A stretch of 64,000 nt of DNA from positions 124,001 through 188,000 of the forward strand of contig NW_021826031.1 of assembly GCF_006345805.1 (NCBI RefSeq), given 5' to 3'. How positions within the stretch are numbered: the first letter of the stretch is position 1; every line of letters begins with the position of its first letter. The notes under the pieces were generated by a model. The model saw nothing but the letters and a program-made list of their open reading frames with translations, searched no databases and was not told where the DNA came from. This document shows positions 1 through 13,037 of this stretch, piece after piece. A program made the position numbers and the translations under genes. This DNA comes from Octopus sinensis. Taxonomy: Eukaryota.

Positions 1-345
1 AAGCCGTGAACAACTTAAAATATTTCAACAGTGAAATTTGGAACAGGTTGATTTGGCCTGAAATTTTACTTAACAAAAAAAGGCAGCATGGTATGAGGAT
101 TTTTTTTAGCGGCGTTTGAAAATTAGTTTTTGTTGAATTCTGCAAAATATTTAAATCTTATACTCAACAGGCTACATAGCTCAGTTGAAAGATTGATCTT
201 ATGGCTTTGTTTTTCAACATGATAATGCACCGTGTCATACAGCGAAGCTAACCATGAATTATTTCGATAAAGAAAATATAAAAACACTATAGACTGCCAA
301 TCCCAGTCACCTGATATAAATACAATTGAGAATTTGAAAAATGTT
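1..345 (+). mobile_element. Degraded Tc1/mariner transposase C-terminal remnant
   Basis: Translation near 210-335 gives FQHDNAPCHTAKLTMNYF...SQSPDINTIENL, the second-D/E region of Tc1 DDE; frameshifted. Confidence 0.75.
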
Positions 346-429
346 GACGAATTAAAATATGATCTTTTTCTTAATTTTAAATCATTTTGATGTCATTTGA
401 ATTCTTGCTTTTCACTATTTTTTAGAGAA

Positions 430-880
430 ATTTGGTACGAGAAAGCTCTACTCAGTATGGATTGATGTCAAGAAGGCATTCGATTCTATCGATCATACCT
501 TTTTACTCCATGTGCTAGAGTGTTCAGGGATCCCTTCGTGGATAACGGACTTTGTGAAGAATATTGTTAAAAGATGGAATGCAAACCTCCAAATTGACCA
601 ACAAAAAATTGGCTTTGTAGAACTTGGTTTAGAAATCCTACAAGGGGACTCATTATCCCAACAATTTTTCGTTATGTCGAATATTAAATGAGACATTTCC
701 AAAATTGCTGATTAACCAAAGTGACCCTAATATGGAGACTTACTCGACGAATCATTTGTTCTTTGTGGACGATCTTAAACTACTTGCATATAAAGAGAAT
801 ACGATTCTAGAAATGATGAAAACAGTCCGGAATTTTTTGAAACTGCCGGTTTGGCGATGAATCCTCAAAAATCTGCGTCC
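430..880 (+). mobile_element. Non-LTR reverse transcriptase remnant (R4/Dong/R2-like)
   Basis: Motifs WIDVKKAFDSIDH (457-495), ILQGDSLS (~636-660), NHLFFVDDLKLLA (~750-790); disrupted. Confidence 0.75.
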
Positions 881-946
881 ATTTAATTTAAATAAATATA
901 AATAAACGGATTAGTTCGTTGTTGTAATTAATTATTTATTCTTGTG

Positions 947-2339
947 ATGAGTCTACTACGATCTGGACAGACTGATTATCCAGTCAAGACTCTTCTCCTG
1001 TCTATGACCATCCCTGCATTCCGACTTATCAGATATATTTCAGGAAAGGAAGGTTAATTATCCACTAACCCACCAGTGAGTATCCCCCTCACTTTAATCT
1101 CCACATTTCATTGCTTTGGAATTGTCTCTCATTGCTCTAAATTCCACCTCACATCACTAATTGCTTATTTCCTAATGTTAACAACTCAAGTATGTTATGG
1201 TATATACACTCAACTCACACTTAGACCATCCAATTGTCGAAATAACGTGCAGTTTAGCCTACTGTTTATATTCTACCACAATTTTCCAACTCCTTCCCCT
1301 CACATTTTCCATAGTTGAGGGTTGTGTGGTCATACAACTTGTCTATGAGTGGCTATTTGCATTTATTCGTTCAGTTTTGCGTTGTTTTCAACCAGTAGAG
1401 TCGCACTGTAATTAAATTGGTCGGTTTTTGTCGTTATTTACTCATCGATTTCACATTATTTGGGACAAATGAACTTAAATTAGTCTTTCTAGGCATTTAA
1501 TTAGCAGGCATTCGTGTTGGTGGCTTTTTATTTGACTGTTTTGTTCGTCCTTTGGTCTCATTCACGACTAATTTGTGCTGTTTTTTCATCATTTGTGGCT
1601 GTTTCGACATATAAACTGGCATTTTCCATACATTTAAAATACAGTCCACTCATTAAACCAATCCATGTGTCATTTATCATTATTATAATTGTAGATTTAT
1701 TTAATTTCTCTCTGGATTGGCCTATTTCTGGTTGGTTTTGTGTTCACTTTGATTGTCCATTTGAAGAATATTAAAGTGACGTGTATTCATCGTAAATTCT
1801 TTCATTTTCTTGGACTGATTGTGACTGTGAGTGGACTGGACTATTGCAAGCCCCTTTTAGAGGTCTGTGTTGTCCTTGGAGTTATTTTTGTGGTGGAATT
1901 GGAAGTTCTGAGAGTACTGGGATATACCAAAGTCAGTCAAGTCATGGATTCCTTTACAAACTCAAAGGAAGGAGGCACTGTTGTGCTTACTCATGCTTAT
2001 TTGCTCTTTGGACTTAATATTTTTACGTTTCTTCCGTTCAGTGAGGGGACTGGTGGTGGAGTGAGTGACTTTGCTGGGGTGCTTTCGCTCGGAATTGGGG
2101 ACTCTTTTGCTGCATTTGGAGGGAAGTGTTTTGGGAGGACGTGGATCTCGAATGGGAAGACTTGGGAGGGAGTTGTGGCCAGTGTTTTGGCACAATTTAT
2201 GTTTTTATTATTTCGTGGGGAAATTATTAACGGGAGAATATTATTTGGGGTACTTGTTAATGCCTATGCAGAGGGGGCATGGCTGGGGGATAACATTGAC
2301 AACCTACTTCTCCCACTTATTACAATTTATTTTTTATGA
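947..2339 (+). CDS. DOLK: Dolichol kinase (multi-exon; start and 5' exons approximate)
   Basis: Last exon encodes IHRKFFHFL, LTHAYLLFG, GVLSLGIGDSFAAFGG, GKTWEG, DNIDNLLLPL (DOLK/Sec59 CTP-transferase motifs); hydrophobic upstream exons. Confidence 0.85.
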
Positions 2340-2580
2340 ATTTTATTTAAATCGTATTTTTTAATTAAAATAAATTAAATTACAATTAAGTGTTAAAAGA
2401 CGATTTATTTTAAATGAGGTTAATTAATCAAGGAATATTACCTATTTTATAGGACAGTAGGAATAAGTTATAGTCTAAAGTGGAGACAAATTTAATTTAA
2501 TAAAATTTAAACTTTACATAATTAAATGATATGTTTTTTCTTATTTAATTTAAATAATTTATAATTAGGACATATATTTG

Positions 2581-3114
2581 ATGTTGTCGAGTTTACTACG
2601 TCAGTTAAAACCGTCGAATAATACTGTAATACCTATTTTTAATATAAATTTAATTTCCTTGAAATTACTAAAATATTTAGATATTAAAAAAATGTTTATC
2701 ATCCACAGTGATCAGCTCTCCGGAGAGTTCTCCTAGCCTCGGCGAATTCAGAATAAACGGAGGGTCCCCCATCAAAATTGTGAGCACAAAGGAATTTGAC
2801 CATTTGCCCGAACACCAAAAACTAGCAGAACTTGGCAAGAAATATCCATATGGAGTAGTCCCAAATTCGGTATCCTATCGAAGGTTTATGGAAAGGCAAT
2901 CCAAATATTTGGTGGGTTATTTAATTTTATTTTTAAGGAAGGTTGTCAACATACAACGATTGCTTTTGTGCGTGGAATGTCCGACTATATTATTGTAGGG
3001 TTTGTGGCCACTTTTGTGATTGTCTGTTTCCTTCTTAATTTGTATGAAATGTTCTTTGGGTTGGTTGTGAGTTTGCTATTTAGACAAATTCACTTTTTTG
3101 GCACTGAGAAATAA
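2581..3114 (+). CDS. Small mitochondrial membrane protein, COX7A/COX7A2L-like (4 exons inferred)
   Basis: Manual splice: MLSSLLRQLKPSNNT|ILKKCLSSTVISS...RRFMERQSKYL|EGCQHTTIAFVRGMSDYIIVGFVATFVIVCFLLNLYEMFFG|QIHFFGTEK*. Presequence-like N-terminus and one TM helix; pattern resembles COX7A (EKQKLFQ...LKGG..D.LLY). Confidence 0.5.
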
Positions 3115-4348
3115 CACCATTAACATTTCTACTAACTACTTTAATTCTCTTGTTTTAAAGTTTGAAATTACATGATTTTATTGCTTTTTTTAAGATCATA
3201 AATAGTTTTTGTTTTTTTAAAAACTTTTGACTGAGGGCTTCATAAGTTTTCTTTATTTGTCCTGATATTTCTCCATTATAACACGCAAATTTTAAAAAGA
3301 AAAGTCATCAAGGTACCGAGGATGATGTGTTGTGGGAAAAGTGGATGAAGGAAGCGTGGAAGTTGATAGAATTCTTGGATGATTTATGAGAAGACGGATG
3401 AGAGGAAGACAAAGAGAGAGATGAATATCTACAGAGACTATTTGAAAATTCTCTTGCGGACTCCTCATTTGAAGGATTGGATTTCTGATTTTCGTCAGCC
3501 GCAAATTTTATATTCGATTACTGCGTTTTTCCAGATTTTTTGGTCCAAAATTACCCTCGTGTTATTTTTCGATTTTATGTTAAAATCGGGAAAATACGGT
3601 GTCTCAACACTTCCTTTAGGTCTTAAAGCTATAAACGGCTTTTTTGACTGCCCAGTCACTTATTCTTTCAATGAGTTCTTAATTATTATTGAACTTTTGA
3701 TTTGAGGACAAGTGGTAAACGATGGCTCTTTAATTTATCGAAATTTCAAGAATGTCAAAAATTGGCTTTTCTATAAAAAATATTTGCCGACCCCTGGCTT
3801 AGTGGATGCCGGTCACTAATTGTACTTGTATTCTATCTCTGGCGATCGAATCGTATGGAAAAATCGGACATTTATAAGATAAAAATCGTATCATTAAAAA
3901 ACGACTCGTTAACATGAACCAAGTAAACAACGATGACCTAAAACAATGCCGTCAATTATTTTGGTTATGTAAATGACTTTATTAACATTTTTAATTGAAA
4001 AGAAATGATTTTTTCAAAATCTATCTTTGAATAGTCGTGATACTTTGTACCAAAGTAAATAACAAATCTACTAAACATCGTCTTTACGTTGGCCATTTTA
4101 TCTGTAAGAAACAAAAGAGAAATTAAAATTTGCAAGACGTTTATCTCTCTTCTCAAATGAAATTACGATCTTTTTATAATCTGTTCTATTTCTCATTTTA
4201 AGAGACCGTCGGACTTTGAGCTCGCCGTGATTTATCCACAACCAACAAGTGGAGTCTGTCCATTAAAAAGCCCCTTCCGGAATTAAACCGACATAGGCTA
4301 ATTTTTACAGAAAAATGATTAAAGATTGACTATTATAAAATAGATTGT

Positions 4349-5147
4349 TTAGTAAGTTAAACAACTTTTAGGAATATGGCCACTGTCCCCAAACAGTGGA
4401 AGGTTCACAGTCCCGTCCGAGTGGACAACAAGTAGTGTAATACTCCCATGTGGAATAGAAAACCTCAGCCAACACTCAGCAGGAAATTGCAAAGCCCTAA
4501 AAATAAACAAATCCATCAAACCGACAAACAAAATATCGAATCACATTTGCATGACAAACATAAATCTCCAACGAATCCTCTTTTTGTGTGGAAGGAGCTC
4601 GATGGACAATCTCCTTAAAACATTCCTCAATTCGATGTCCATCCACCATGTCTTGTAAAGTGATCTGAGAGTTGTTTGGAGGAATGTAAGGACAAGGTCG
4701 ACCTTCCCTTAATAAATGTAGTCTGGGAATATCGTCGAGATTAATTTTGAGTGCTTGGGCAATTATATTTGATGTTTCGACTGCCCTCTGCATTGTTGAC
4801 GAGACAAGAGAAAATAAATTTCTACCGCAAATATCGACCAGACGTTTGCCTGTGAGATTGGCTTGTTCTCTCCCTTTCAGGTAAATTTGTTATTGTCAAC
4901 CAATTGGTGTTAAACTGCGGTCCTCGTCTGTAAGGCCTGCAGTGTTGTAATTGCCGTGACGAATTAGAAAAATGTAACGTTTGGATGTTGAGTTTTTTAG
5001 ATCTTTGTAGGAGTTCTTGGTGTCCCACTCAGATTCCCACGTAGATTTCTTCGAGCTTGTCTGACCGGTTTCTCGTGCATAAACCAATGATAAATTATAT
5101 GTGCTAATTAAATATCCTGCAACACTATAACAAGCAGCACGAAACAT
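4349..5147 (-). CDS. PGAM5: Mitochondrial Ser/Thr phosphatase PGAM5 (3 exons)
   Basis: IFLIRHGNY, LTPIG|REQANLTGKRL, SSTMQRAVET, LLREG, EIYVCHANVIRYFVCR|ALQFP, HGSIT, GDSGHIP; two ~25-27-nt GT-AG introns restore the frame. Confidence 0.92.
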
Positions 5148-5329
5148 ACGAAAAAAACTTTTAATATATCAACAACTAAACTAAAAATTTAACATGATGA
5201 GAAATTAACTAATTCATTGATTCTGGTCTCCAGAAATTCGGAAAACTATCCATCAATTCACTTTGCACTTTCATTCTTTGAATCATATATAATTTGACCA
5301 TCTGTTTTATCTGGGGGGTCTTGCAAAAA

Positions 5330-5760
5330 TTATTTGTCATTTCAACTAACTGGGTGACTGCTGTAATCACTTCTTCTTGAGAAGTGCTTCACGATTATGT
5401 TTTCTGCTGTCTTCTTCATGAGAAGTGTCTCAATATTTGTTCTTGTCGTGCCTTGTACAGATAATTTTTCCATATAGGCTTTGTAACACGTTAAACCACC
5501 CCTTCCCATGTCAGCACAATTGGAATAATCTTCACATGTGCTTTGTAAAGTATATTTAGTTTTCCAGCCAGAAGATTGTATTTATGTAATTTTTTAGTTC
5601 AGTTTGTTTGAATTTCTCCTGTAATGTAATTCCCACTTCAATTATGGAAATCTTATTTTTCAATTTGTCGCGAATAAAGATATCAGGCTTATTGAACTGA
5701 ACTTGGGTATCTGCTACTTTTTATGTATCCACCCATAACTCGACATTTTCAATCGATATT
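5330..5760 (-). mobile_element. Restriction-like endonuclease remnant of an R4/Dong-like non-LTR element
   Basis: Minus strand reads QFNKPDIFIRDKLKNKISIIEVGIT...KYNLLA...KIIPIVLTWEG (PD..E REL domain). Confidence 0.65.
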
Positions 5761-6229
5761 TAAAAGTGAAAAATCCGGTGATCGTCGCCATATGCGGTTT
5801 CTGTTTTTTGATAACCTGAGAGAGATGGCTGACTTTTTCTTCAGAGTTTCGAAGAACTAAAGCAGCATTAATTCACTCTTAAAAGCAATTGATGTCAACC
5901 TCTCTCTTGCAAAGTACATCCGCTCTTTATTGCCTTGCATCATGTGTATTTTGAGTGTAGTAACTAGTCTTCGTATTTGACAATCAATATAATCAAATTC
6001 AAAGGGTTGACTGTTCCCAGCTGCCCTTTTCCCACTCTTAAAGGCATTCTCCACTTAGGAATTATCAACATCATAAATTTCGTTATAAGAAGAGCCGTTT
6101 ATGCTCTTCTCGCATGCCCCGAAGTAAAGAGGCACCCGAAAAACAGACTGGTTCAACATCTGATGGCCGTCGGTCTCTTGGAGAAGTGCATTTATATTGT
6201 ACAGTTCAAAGTAAACTCCTTCAGGACTG

Positions 6230-7150
6230 TGCGCGTAATTTCGTCCAACTCCTCTGTGTGATGCAGTCCTAAATCAACTCTGCAGCAAATAGATGGGCTA
6301 AAGCCCACCCATCTCCGCGATCTTTTTTCTTCAACCCACGAACCCGGAAAGGACCTGCTATCGTCCGTGCCATCATTTCAATTGTCGCCAGAGAGCTTCT
6401 TTTCTCTGGTCGAATCAACGGCCCTGCTGAAGGCCGACGATTGTTCCTTCCTTTCCAGTACGGCGTCCAAGGTGTTTGTAAAATTCTCGTGCATGGCACT
6501 CGCTAACTTGTCGAGTCGAAGCCTGAAGACTGCAAGTTCATCGTGAATCTGGACGTTAGTAACGCTTTTAACTGCGTTCGCCGGGACCACCTGCTTTCTG
6601 TACGATGTTTAGAGCTCTTTCAATTGCAAAGCTAACGTACTCTACTCTTCTCCAAGTTGACGACTGCAGTATTCAGCAGAGTGTTTGCCCTCTCCGTTGA
6701 TCATATTGCACGGAACCTTTCGTCCAGTGTTAACTTCCGGTACCTGGATGACGTGACGATTAGTGGAACCACAGAGGTCGTTATGGAAGACATAAACAGA
6801 ATTACTTTTCTCCAAGATCGGCCTATCCTTTAACGGCGGCAAATGCGAACTTGCCTATATTTCTTTTGCCCCCGACGCTCTCTGTCACACATTCTCCTCT
6901 CTTAGCAGACTGATCAAGGTTACCGTATTTTCAGTATTTCGGACTCTGTTGAGTTTGCACCTTTGCGTTCGAAACCTCAAGAATCGTTAACAAGATTGCG
7001 ACTAAACTCCTCGCTGACATTGGCAGGAGAATCTCTTCAAAAACAAACGTTCGGAGGGAGACGAGCTGGCTCTTTTAGCGAATCTTGGTCACCGTGTTCC
7101 GCGGAAACTGCCATTCAATACGCAATACGACGTCGTTGAGCTGACCCTTA
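6230..7150 (+). mobile_element. CRE-like non-LTR RT remnant
   Basis: IVNLDVSNAFNCVRRDHLL (~6540-6597) and FRYLDDVTISG (~6735-6768); GC-richer than flanks; same type as 62111-63661. Confidence 0.65.
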
Positions 7151-7465
7151 AACTCTTAACAATTCTTTGAGTGACTTTTTCTTCTTCTGTTCATTTTGTA
7201 AAAAAAGTTTACTAAAAAAGTCTTACATTTTCCAAAACTTCAAAGAGAATTTGTGATTCTCAAAAGTTTTGTTTACATCGATGCACTCACATACTAATTT
7301 ATTTCCAATATACTTAATTAACACGTTTATTTAAAAGGGCTAATTACTATGTTCCTTGACAATATCGTTTAGTTCCAAGTTGGAACGGTGTTATAAAATA
7401 GTAAATGTTAACATATACAGCAACTTCAAAAAAACCGTTTTTTTCGAAATGTCAAAATTTTTTCC

Positions 7466-7648
7466 ATGTCCCGACTCACGTAATAAGGTCCTTAAAATCT
7501 TCCCATCAAAAAATTTGAAAATTATTTTTTGAATTTTGGTTAAAATGAACAATAAGCATGTCCCCAACTTACATGATGACGTTCTTAAAACCTTCTCACC
7601 AAAAAAAATAAAAAAATCTGGATTTTGGTAAAATGAACAACAAGCATA
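7466..7648. repeat. Degenerate tandem duplication, ~91-bp unit x2
   Basis: catgtccc...cttaaaa...attttggt.aaaatgaacaa.aagcat occurs twice in tandem. Confidence 0.6.
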
Positions 7649-9634
7649 TCTTTTAATTCGTCATATTAATTTTTTGAGTTACTGAATTCCTTAAAATTTG
7701 AGCTGTTCAAAGATTACTAATCCTTTGATTCATATCTTTTTTAAGTTAAATTTCTATGCTTTGTCAAAAAACCATTTTTTTTAAAATCTTTACCAATACG
7801 TTTATCATCTATAAATATATTATCAATTTCTTAAAATGGGTCGTCAGATGCCAAGTTGTGCCAATACAAAGGACAATTTAGTCAACGAGGGAACATTATA
7901 AGATCTTTTGACATCAGTTTGACTTATATTTTAAATTTATCATCAGAAAAAAAAATTATTCAAAATCCAAAATATGTTCTGGATGGTAACCTCAAACAAT
8001 GATATATGACACTGTGTATAAAAATAGTTAAATTCACAAAACACAACATTTTCTAAATTTTTTGACTCGATCACATCTGTCAGTATAGATTCATTCCCAA
8101 AGAGCCATGATCCACTCTACTTGAATTTGAGTTCTTATAGACCGCTTTACTATGACGACTACAATTAGACCGAGTAATAATTTTATGAGCTTAAATTCGT
8201 ATTATAAAACATTTGTTTCCTGTATATGTAATGGGTACATTCGGATTCATTCCACGGTTATTTAATCAAACCGAACTTCTCAGTTGTTAATGATTTAAAA
8301 GAAATATGGAATCAAGATTTTCCATTTGTTGATGTTCTTAGTGATATTGAGTTCAATAACTTTTCTATCCAAGAAGTTTAAAATTTTCGGAAAATACTCA
8401 TCTAAAGAAAGATATTTATAAAATAAATGTATATTGACAAAAGAATGAGTTTGAATGAAATTCTAAAATTGTAAACAGAGATGAAAATTATTTTCTTTTC
8501 GAAAATTTACGACTACTCTAATGTCAGACCACTACATGTTCGGTGAGGTGTTTGATTACAATTCTCGATAAAATTAAGTCTAAATTTTGGTCAACTTTCG
8601 TTTATTCTGAATCAACCTTGTTTGACTTTTAGGTCGTCAATTTTCAATTTTTTAGGTCAGCTTTGTCATAAGCAATTCCATTATCACCAATTTACTTGCA
8701 TTTCCTATCCTCATTCCAAACGATCCAGACAAAAAAACGTTAACATATTATTATTCACAAACACAAAAATAAAAATGGTATTTTTATCGTCGATTTTTCC
8801 ACATTCCGGGTAATTTAGACATTTCTAAGCCCTTCTTAATATTGCGATTATTCTTAGGTTAGTTGCTTTTGTTTTCTAGAAGCAGGATTTGTTCGAGAGT
8901 ATTTTATTCTGAAGTGAAATCAGGAGGTATTAAGCCTTTCTATATTCCGATTATTACTCAACAACTTAAAAACAAGTTTCTGGCTCAACATTTTTAAACA
9001 ATGCTTATTTTTTTAAGACTTAGAACTAGCTTTAAGTCGATCAGAACTTCAGTCCATTTCCCTTCAAGACATCTTTTATCATTTTTAACCCGCATTTCTT
9101 TGAAAACGGATATGCGAAACTATCACCCAATACGACTGAATAGCTCTTCTAGACCCCCGTTGAAACAACATCTTTGACTAAACACTGGTTAACAAACTCA
9201 TCTGCGTTTGCAAAGAGAAAATGGGATCACTTTATTTTAGCAATATCCGCCAAATTACCTACTCAAATAAAAGACGCGACCCCACTTATCAGACAGAGGA
9301 CATTCTTATAGACAACTTGTTCAAACCCCACTTCCCTAGCCTTACTTAAAATCAACAAAAGTGTCCTCTAGACCTTCCGATTAGCCCACATTAAGAACTC
9401 CAATTATGCAATGCACAACTCGATTTCACGTTTGAATAATTATTGGACAACAACCTATCTAATAAAACAGATTTGGTCTTTCAAACACTCCAACTTGATG
9501 TCCTATACCAATTAATTCGCTCGAGTGACTTTCTTGTCCCTCAAACATCTAAAAATACCACAAGGAATCGCCCAAAAATGAATTAAATCAAATTATTATT
9601 AATAAAAAGCCAAAAAAGAATCAAACTAATGAAC

Positions 9635-10264
9635 TCAATACTTCTGGAAAGAAACAATTTCCGCACACTGAATCTAAAAAATACAAAAATCGTAACAAAC
9701 CAAATCGTCATTTTCTTGTATCCTATCCGTCAAATCAAACGTGTCAACATCATTAGTAACAAGACAAGCAATCACAAAAATACTATTTCCAGATGGCCCT
9801 TTGTCAATTTGAGCTACAAATCAAAACAAGGATCAACATTGTCCCCACTCCAATCCTGGCATTTCTATAGACCGGACATGCTCGTTTATATCTACCATAT
9901 CGGAATCGAATTCCCATCCCTTCACTTCGATTGACAGAATTGACTTCTCAACGGTCGGGGCTGAGTTTTTGACATATTCCTACCTTTTTTGATATTTAGT
10001 TTTGGATTGTAGTCTTCGACGTTGAGGTTGCTATAGTCGTACTCTGAATTAGATTTTAGGGAGGACAAGGCTGAGATGTGATTGTACCATCGGAGGACGT
10101 GAGAGTGCTTTGATGAGGGAGTCTGACTAGCGATGGAATCCAAAACAGCAAAATCTGCGGAAGATAATTCGTAACTACATTTAGAAGGATCTATTATACC
10201 CTACGATGTAGCTTTTGTCGGTTAAGTATGAATTTAAAACATCAAAATCTGTACACCACACCAT
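9635..10264 (-). CDS. EEF1B: Divergent translation elongation factor 1-beta/delta (5 exons inferred)
   Basis: VLNSYLTDKSYIVG|YELSSADFAV...HVLRWYNHI (GST-C-like) and EKSILSIEVKGWEFDSDM...VRSIEMPGLEWG...|IQCAEIVSFQKY* (GEF domain); canonical micro-introns. Confidence 0.85.
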
Positions 10265-11349
10265 TGTCAAAACGTGTTATAATTTTATTTATTAATTAAT
10301 ATATGTTTAAATAAAGATTTACATTAAAGACAAATTTTCACTATTTCTATTTTTTTCTATGAAAATAAGAATACAGAAAAACCTCTACATATAGCGGGTC
10401 AATAAGCCACGTCTATGATTTTTAGAGAGTCAAAAAATAAATGTGAACACTGGTACAAACATGGGAAGGTGTTGTGATTAAATTCTATAAACATCCCCTC
10501 GATTTCGAGGGACTCACAAGAACTTACATTCAGTCGGTAGTTATTTAAAAATGGAACAACGAATAAATATTTGTTGAATGTGTCCATTTGAGAGCGATAA
10601 ATTCAGCCAGTAGCTTCATTATTGGAGCAAGTCGTTCGAATGAAGACAATATAGAAAGTGGGGATAAAGAAGTCTTAACTGATTTGGTGATGAAGGATAA
10701 ATGAGTGGTTGTGTTTATTTCCTCCTCTAAAAGGATGAGATTAATCTTCCGTGGATAAAGAGTGGATTAACATCTTAACAATTAGTTAATTGACAACTTT
10801 GCTTTTGAAGTTGTTCTGGATTATATAATTAATTTATTTCTTAAAAGACGACTAACCTGAATATTTCTATTTAACCACTTTTAACGTATCACTATAAAAA
10901 TGTTTAAAACGCTGGTTCCAAAATTTCATCACATCTTAGAATAACCTTACTGAATTTCCAATATAATTAGCATATTGAAATCAAGCATCATTAAGTAGTC
11001 TGTAATATTTATTTAACAATCAGAAGTGCACTTGCTATAGAGTGAAATGACGACTGATGATTCACAAAATAAGTAAATATAGTAGGACGAGTTAGCTTTC
11101 TAGCATACAGCTGACTATTCATTTGAAACAAAATAAAATTTGAGCATTCGTTAAATAAATTTAACGAAAAATAACGAAAAACCTTCCATATTTGTGAATA
11201 ATGATAGTGTTTGTTCTTGAGAAAATTTTCATGAAGCCGTTGATTATTTAAATATTCGTTAAATATATTTAAATACTCACTAATACAAACAAAAAACCCG
11301 ATTTTGATTTATCTAAGGAAAAATGTAAACAAATATTTTGACTTTCATA

Positions 11350-11660
11350 AAATGAATATTTTTATTGACTTTTTTTTCGTAAAATAATTAATAGATTGAT
11401 TGTGTTTACACACTCGATAATAACATTTTAAAGTGAATTGTGTATTTTAATATTTTATGAAATGGCAAATATTTGACCACCTAATAATGGTTCAAAAATC
11501 CGTTAAATGGATAGTCCATGTATTGACTTTCTGATAAGTTTTCTAATAAATAGTTATTGATTTGTATTTACATAACCATCTGAGAAAAAATTTTAAGCTG
11601 AATTGTTGTAATTTAATATTAAAATATTTGACCATAAGTGGTCTAAAAATCTGATACTTA
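11350..11660. repeat. Degenerate tandem repeat, ~165-bp unit x2
   Basis: tattgacttt...gatt(t)gt.tttaca...tgaattgt...aaatatttgacca...tggt..aaaaatc seen twice. Confidence 0.45.
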
Positions 11661-12111
11661 AAGTTGGAAAATAAATATTAGTTTAAAACTAAGCGTTTGT
11701 GAGTACTCAATTCAGGCAACATTCTCGAAGGACAGTATATTTATTTAGTAGAAAATCTCATCTCAAAAATGCCACACACGTCGGAGAAACAAAGTTTTAT
11801 TTTTAATGTCACATTCTTGATTTAAGATTTTTTACTAAATTAGTAATTAAAAAACAGTTTCTGATAATAATTAGCTAAACCGCCTCACTTATAAGTATTT
11901 CCTAGCATTAAATTTATTGAAAAATATACTTTTCATAGAGGCGCACTCCCCCGCGATCTTTGAAAATACCAAATAAAAAAAAAGTTTTTAAAATGAATTG
12001 AATAAATTTGAACTCAGTTATTAAATTCTAATCCTAATACTGTGTCAAAAATAACTTTTTAAATTTTATTTCCACAATTTAAATTACACGAAAAATCAGA
12101 AATTAATATAA

Positions 12112-12707
12112 TCAGACACGAGCCGACAAAAGAGTTGGAAAAGAAGAAAAAGACTTTTCAAATTGCTGAGAATAAATCGCCAATCCAGTGTAAGGAAATG
12201 CCTCCCAACGAAGACTGACATTCAACTCCACTCCCCTACAAAATAATGACAAAAATACCTAAGATCAGCAAAGTTATCCCACAACTCATATTTCGAGAAT
12301 ATTCCAGATAAATCCAGAACATGCGAGTCTTTTCTCGTCAGGATTTTGTCCCAAATAGTAAATTCGTTAATCTCCTAAACACGTATTTAGTCAAAACAGT
12401 CTACATGCTGAGGAGTCCGATACTCCACCACGACAAATAAAAATACTTGTTTTATATTCCAATGGCTAAAAACGTTGGTAAAATCGACTTTTGTGCTAAA
12501 ATTAAGACTAAAAAAGTCACTCCAATACACTTTATTAACCCTAGGAGTATATTTCCGAAATTACAGTTTTATAGAATTGATAGATAAATTTGTGGTAGGG
12601 GCAAATGAGGCATTCCACAAGGTCAAATAGTAGACAAAGGACAAGGCAATACTTGTATAGGAAAATATAGTAAAAAGAGTATTCACTCGAGTCACAAAAT
12701 TATGCAT
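12112..12707 (-). CDS. SPCS3: Signal peptidase complex subunit 3 (SPC22/23), 4 exons; absent from ORF track
   Basis: MHNFVTRVNTLF...VDFTNVFSHWNIKQVFLFVVVEY...IWDKIL...SKYELWD...LRWEAFPYTG after removing three micro-introns. Confidence 0.88.
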
Positions 12708-12766
12708 CACAAAGCGACACGTCAGAAAATAATTTATTTAAATAAAACAATTTATTAAATATTTAA

Positions 12767-13037
12767 TTAATCAAAAAGTAAAGTAAAAAGAATTGAAATT
12801 ACGTTTATGACAATCAGGGGTACTAAATGTGGTTAGAATATATAAATTACATTTCATCACAGTTTTGGTTGATTCTACGTATTTTATGATTTGATTTATA
12901 ACTGACTGACTATTTGGAGAACGAACTAATATTTGAATTATATATATACATTTTGAAATGAAATACTTGTCGTCCAATATACACAAAGCATTCAAGAAGA
13001 ATGAAAATGCCTGTGCAAATCCAAACAAAGAGAACAT
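12767..13037 (-). CDS. IER3IP1: Yos1/IER3IP1 small ER membrane protein
   Basis: MFSLFGFAQAFSFFLNALCILDDKYFISK...QIIKYVESTKTVMK|YPLIVINVISILFTLLFD* fits the Yos1 pattern (NAIAVL.E.RFL...R.PLI..N). Confidence 0.75.

Noticed and set aside
1962-2364. Overlapping and antisense ORFs on DOLK, and similar ones over KCC, PHB and TEs
   Set aside because: Shadow frames of real genes with no independent motifs.
3780-3800. hAT-like terminus tttgccgacccctg (similar end at ~39630-39643)
   Set aside because: Solitary ends; no partner TIR or TSD identified.
4190-4320. Possible snRNA or RNase P/MRP RNA (hairpins, aattttt Sm-like run)
   Set aside because: No convincing match to U4, U4atac, U5 or P4 consensus; may be an exon or the PGAM5 3' UTR.
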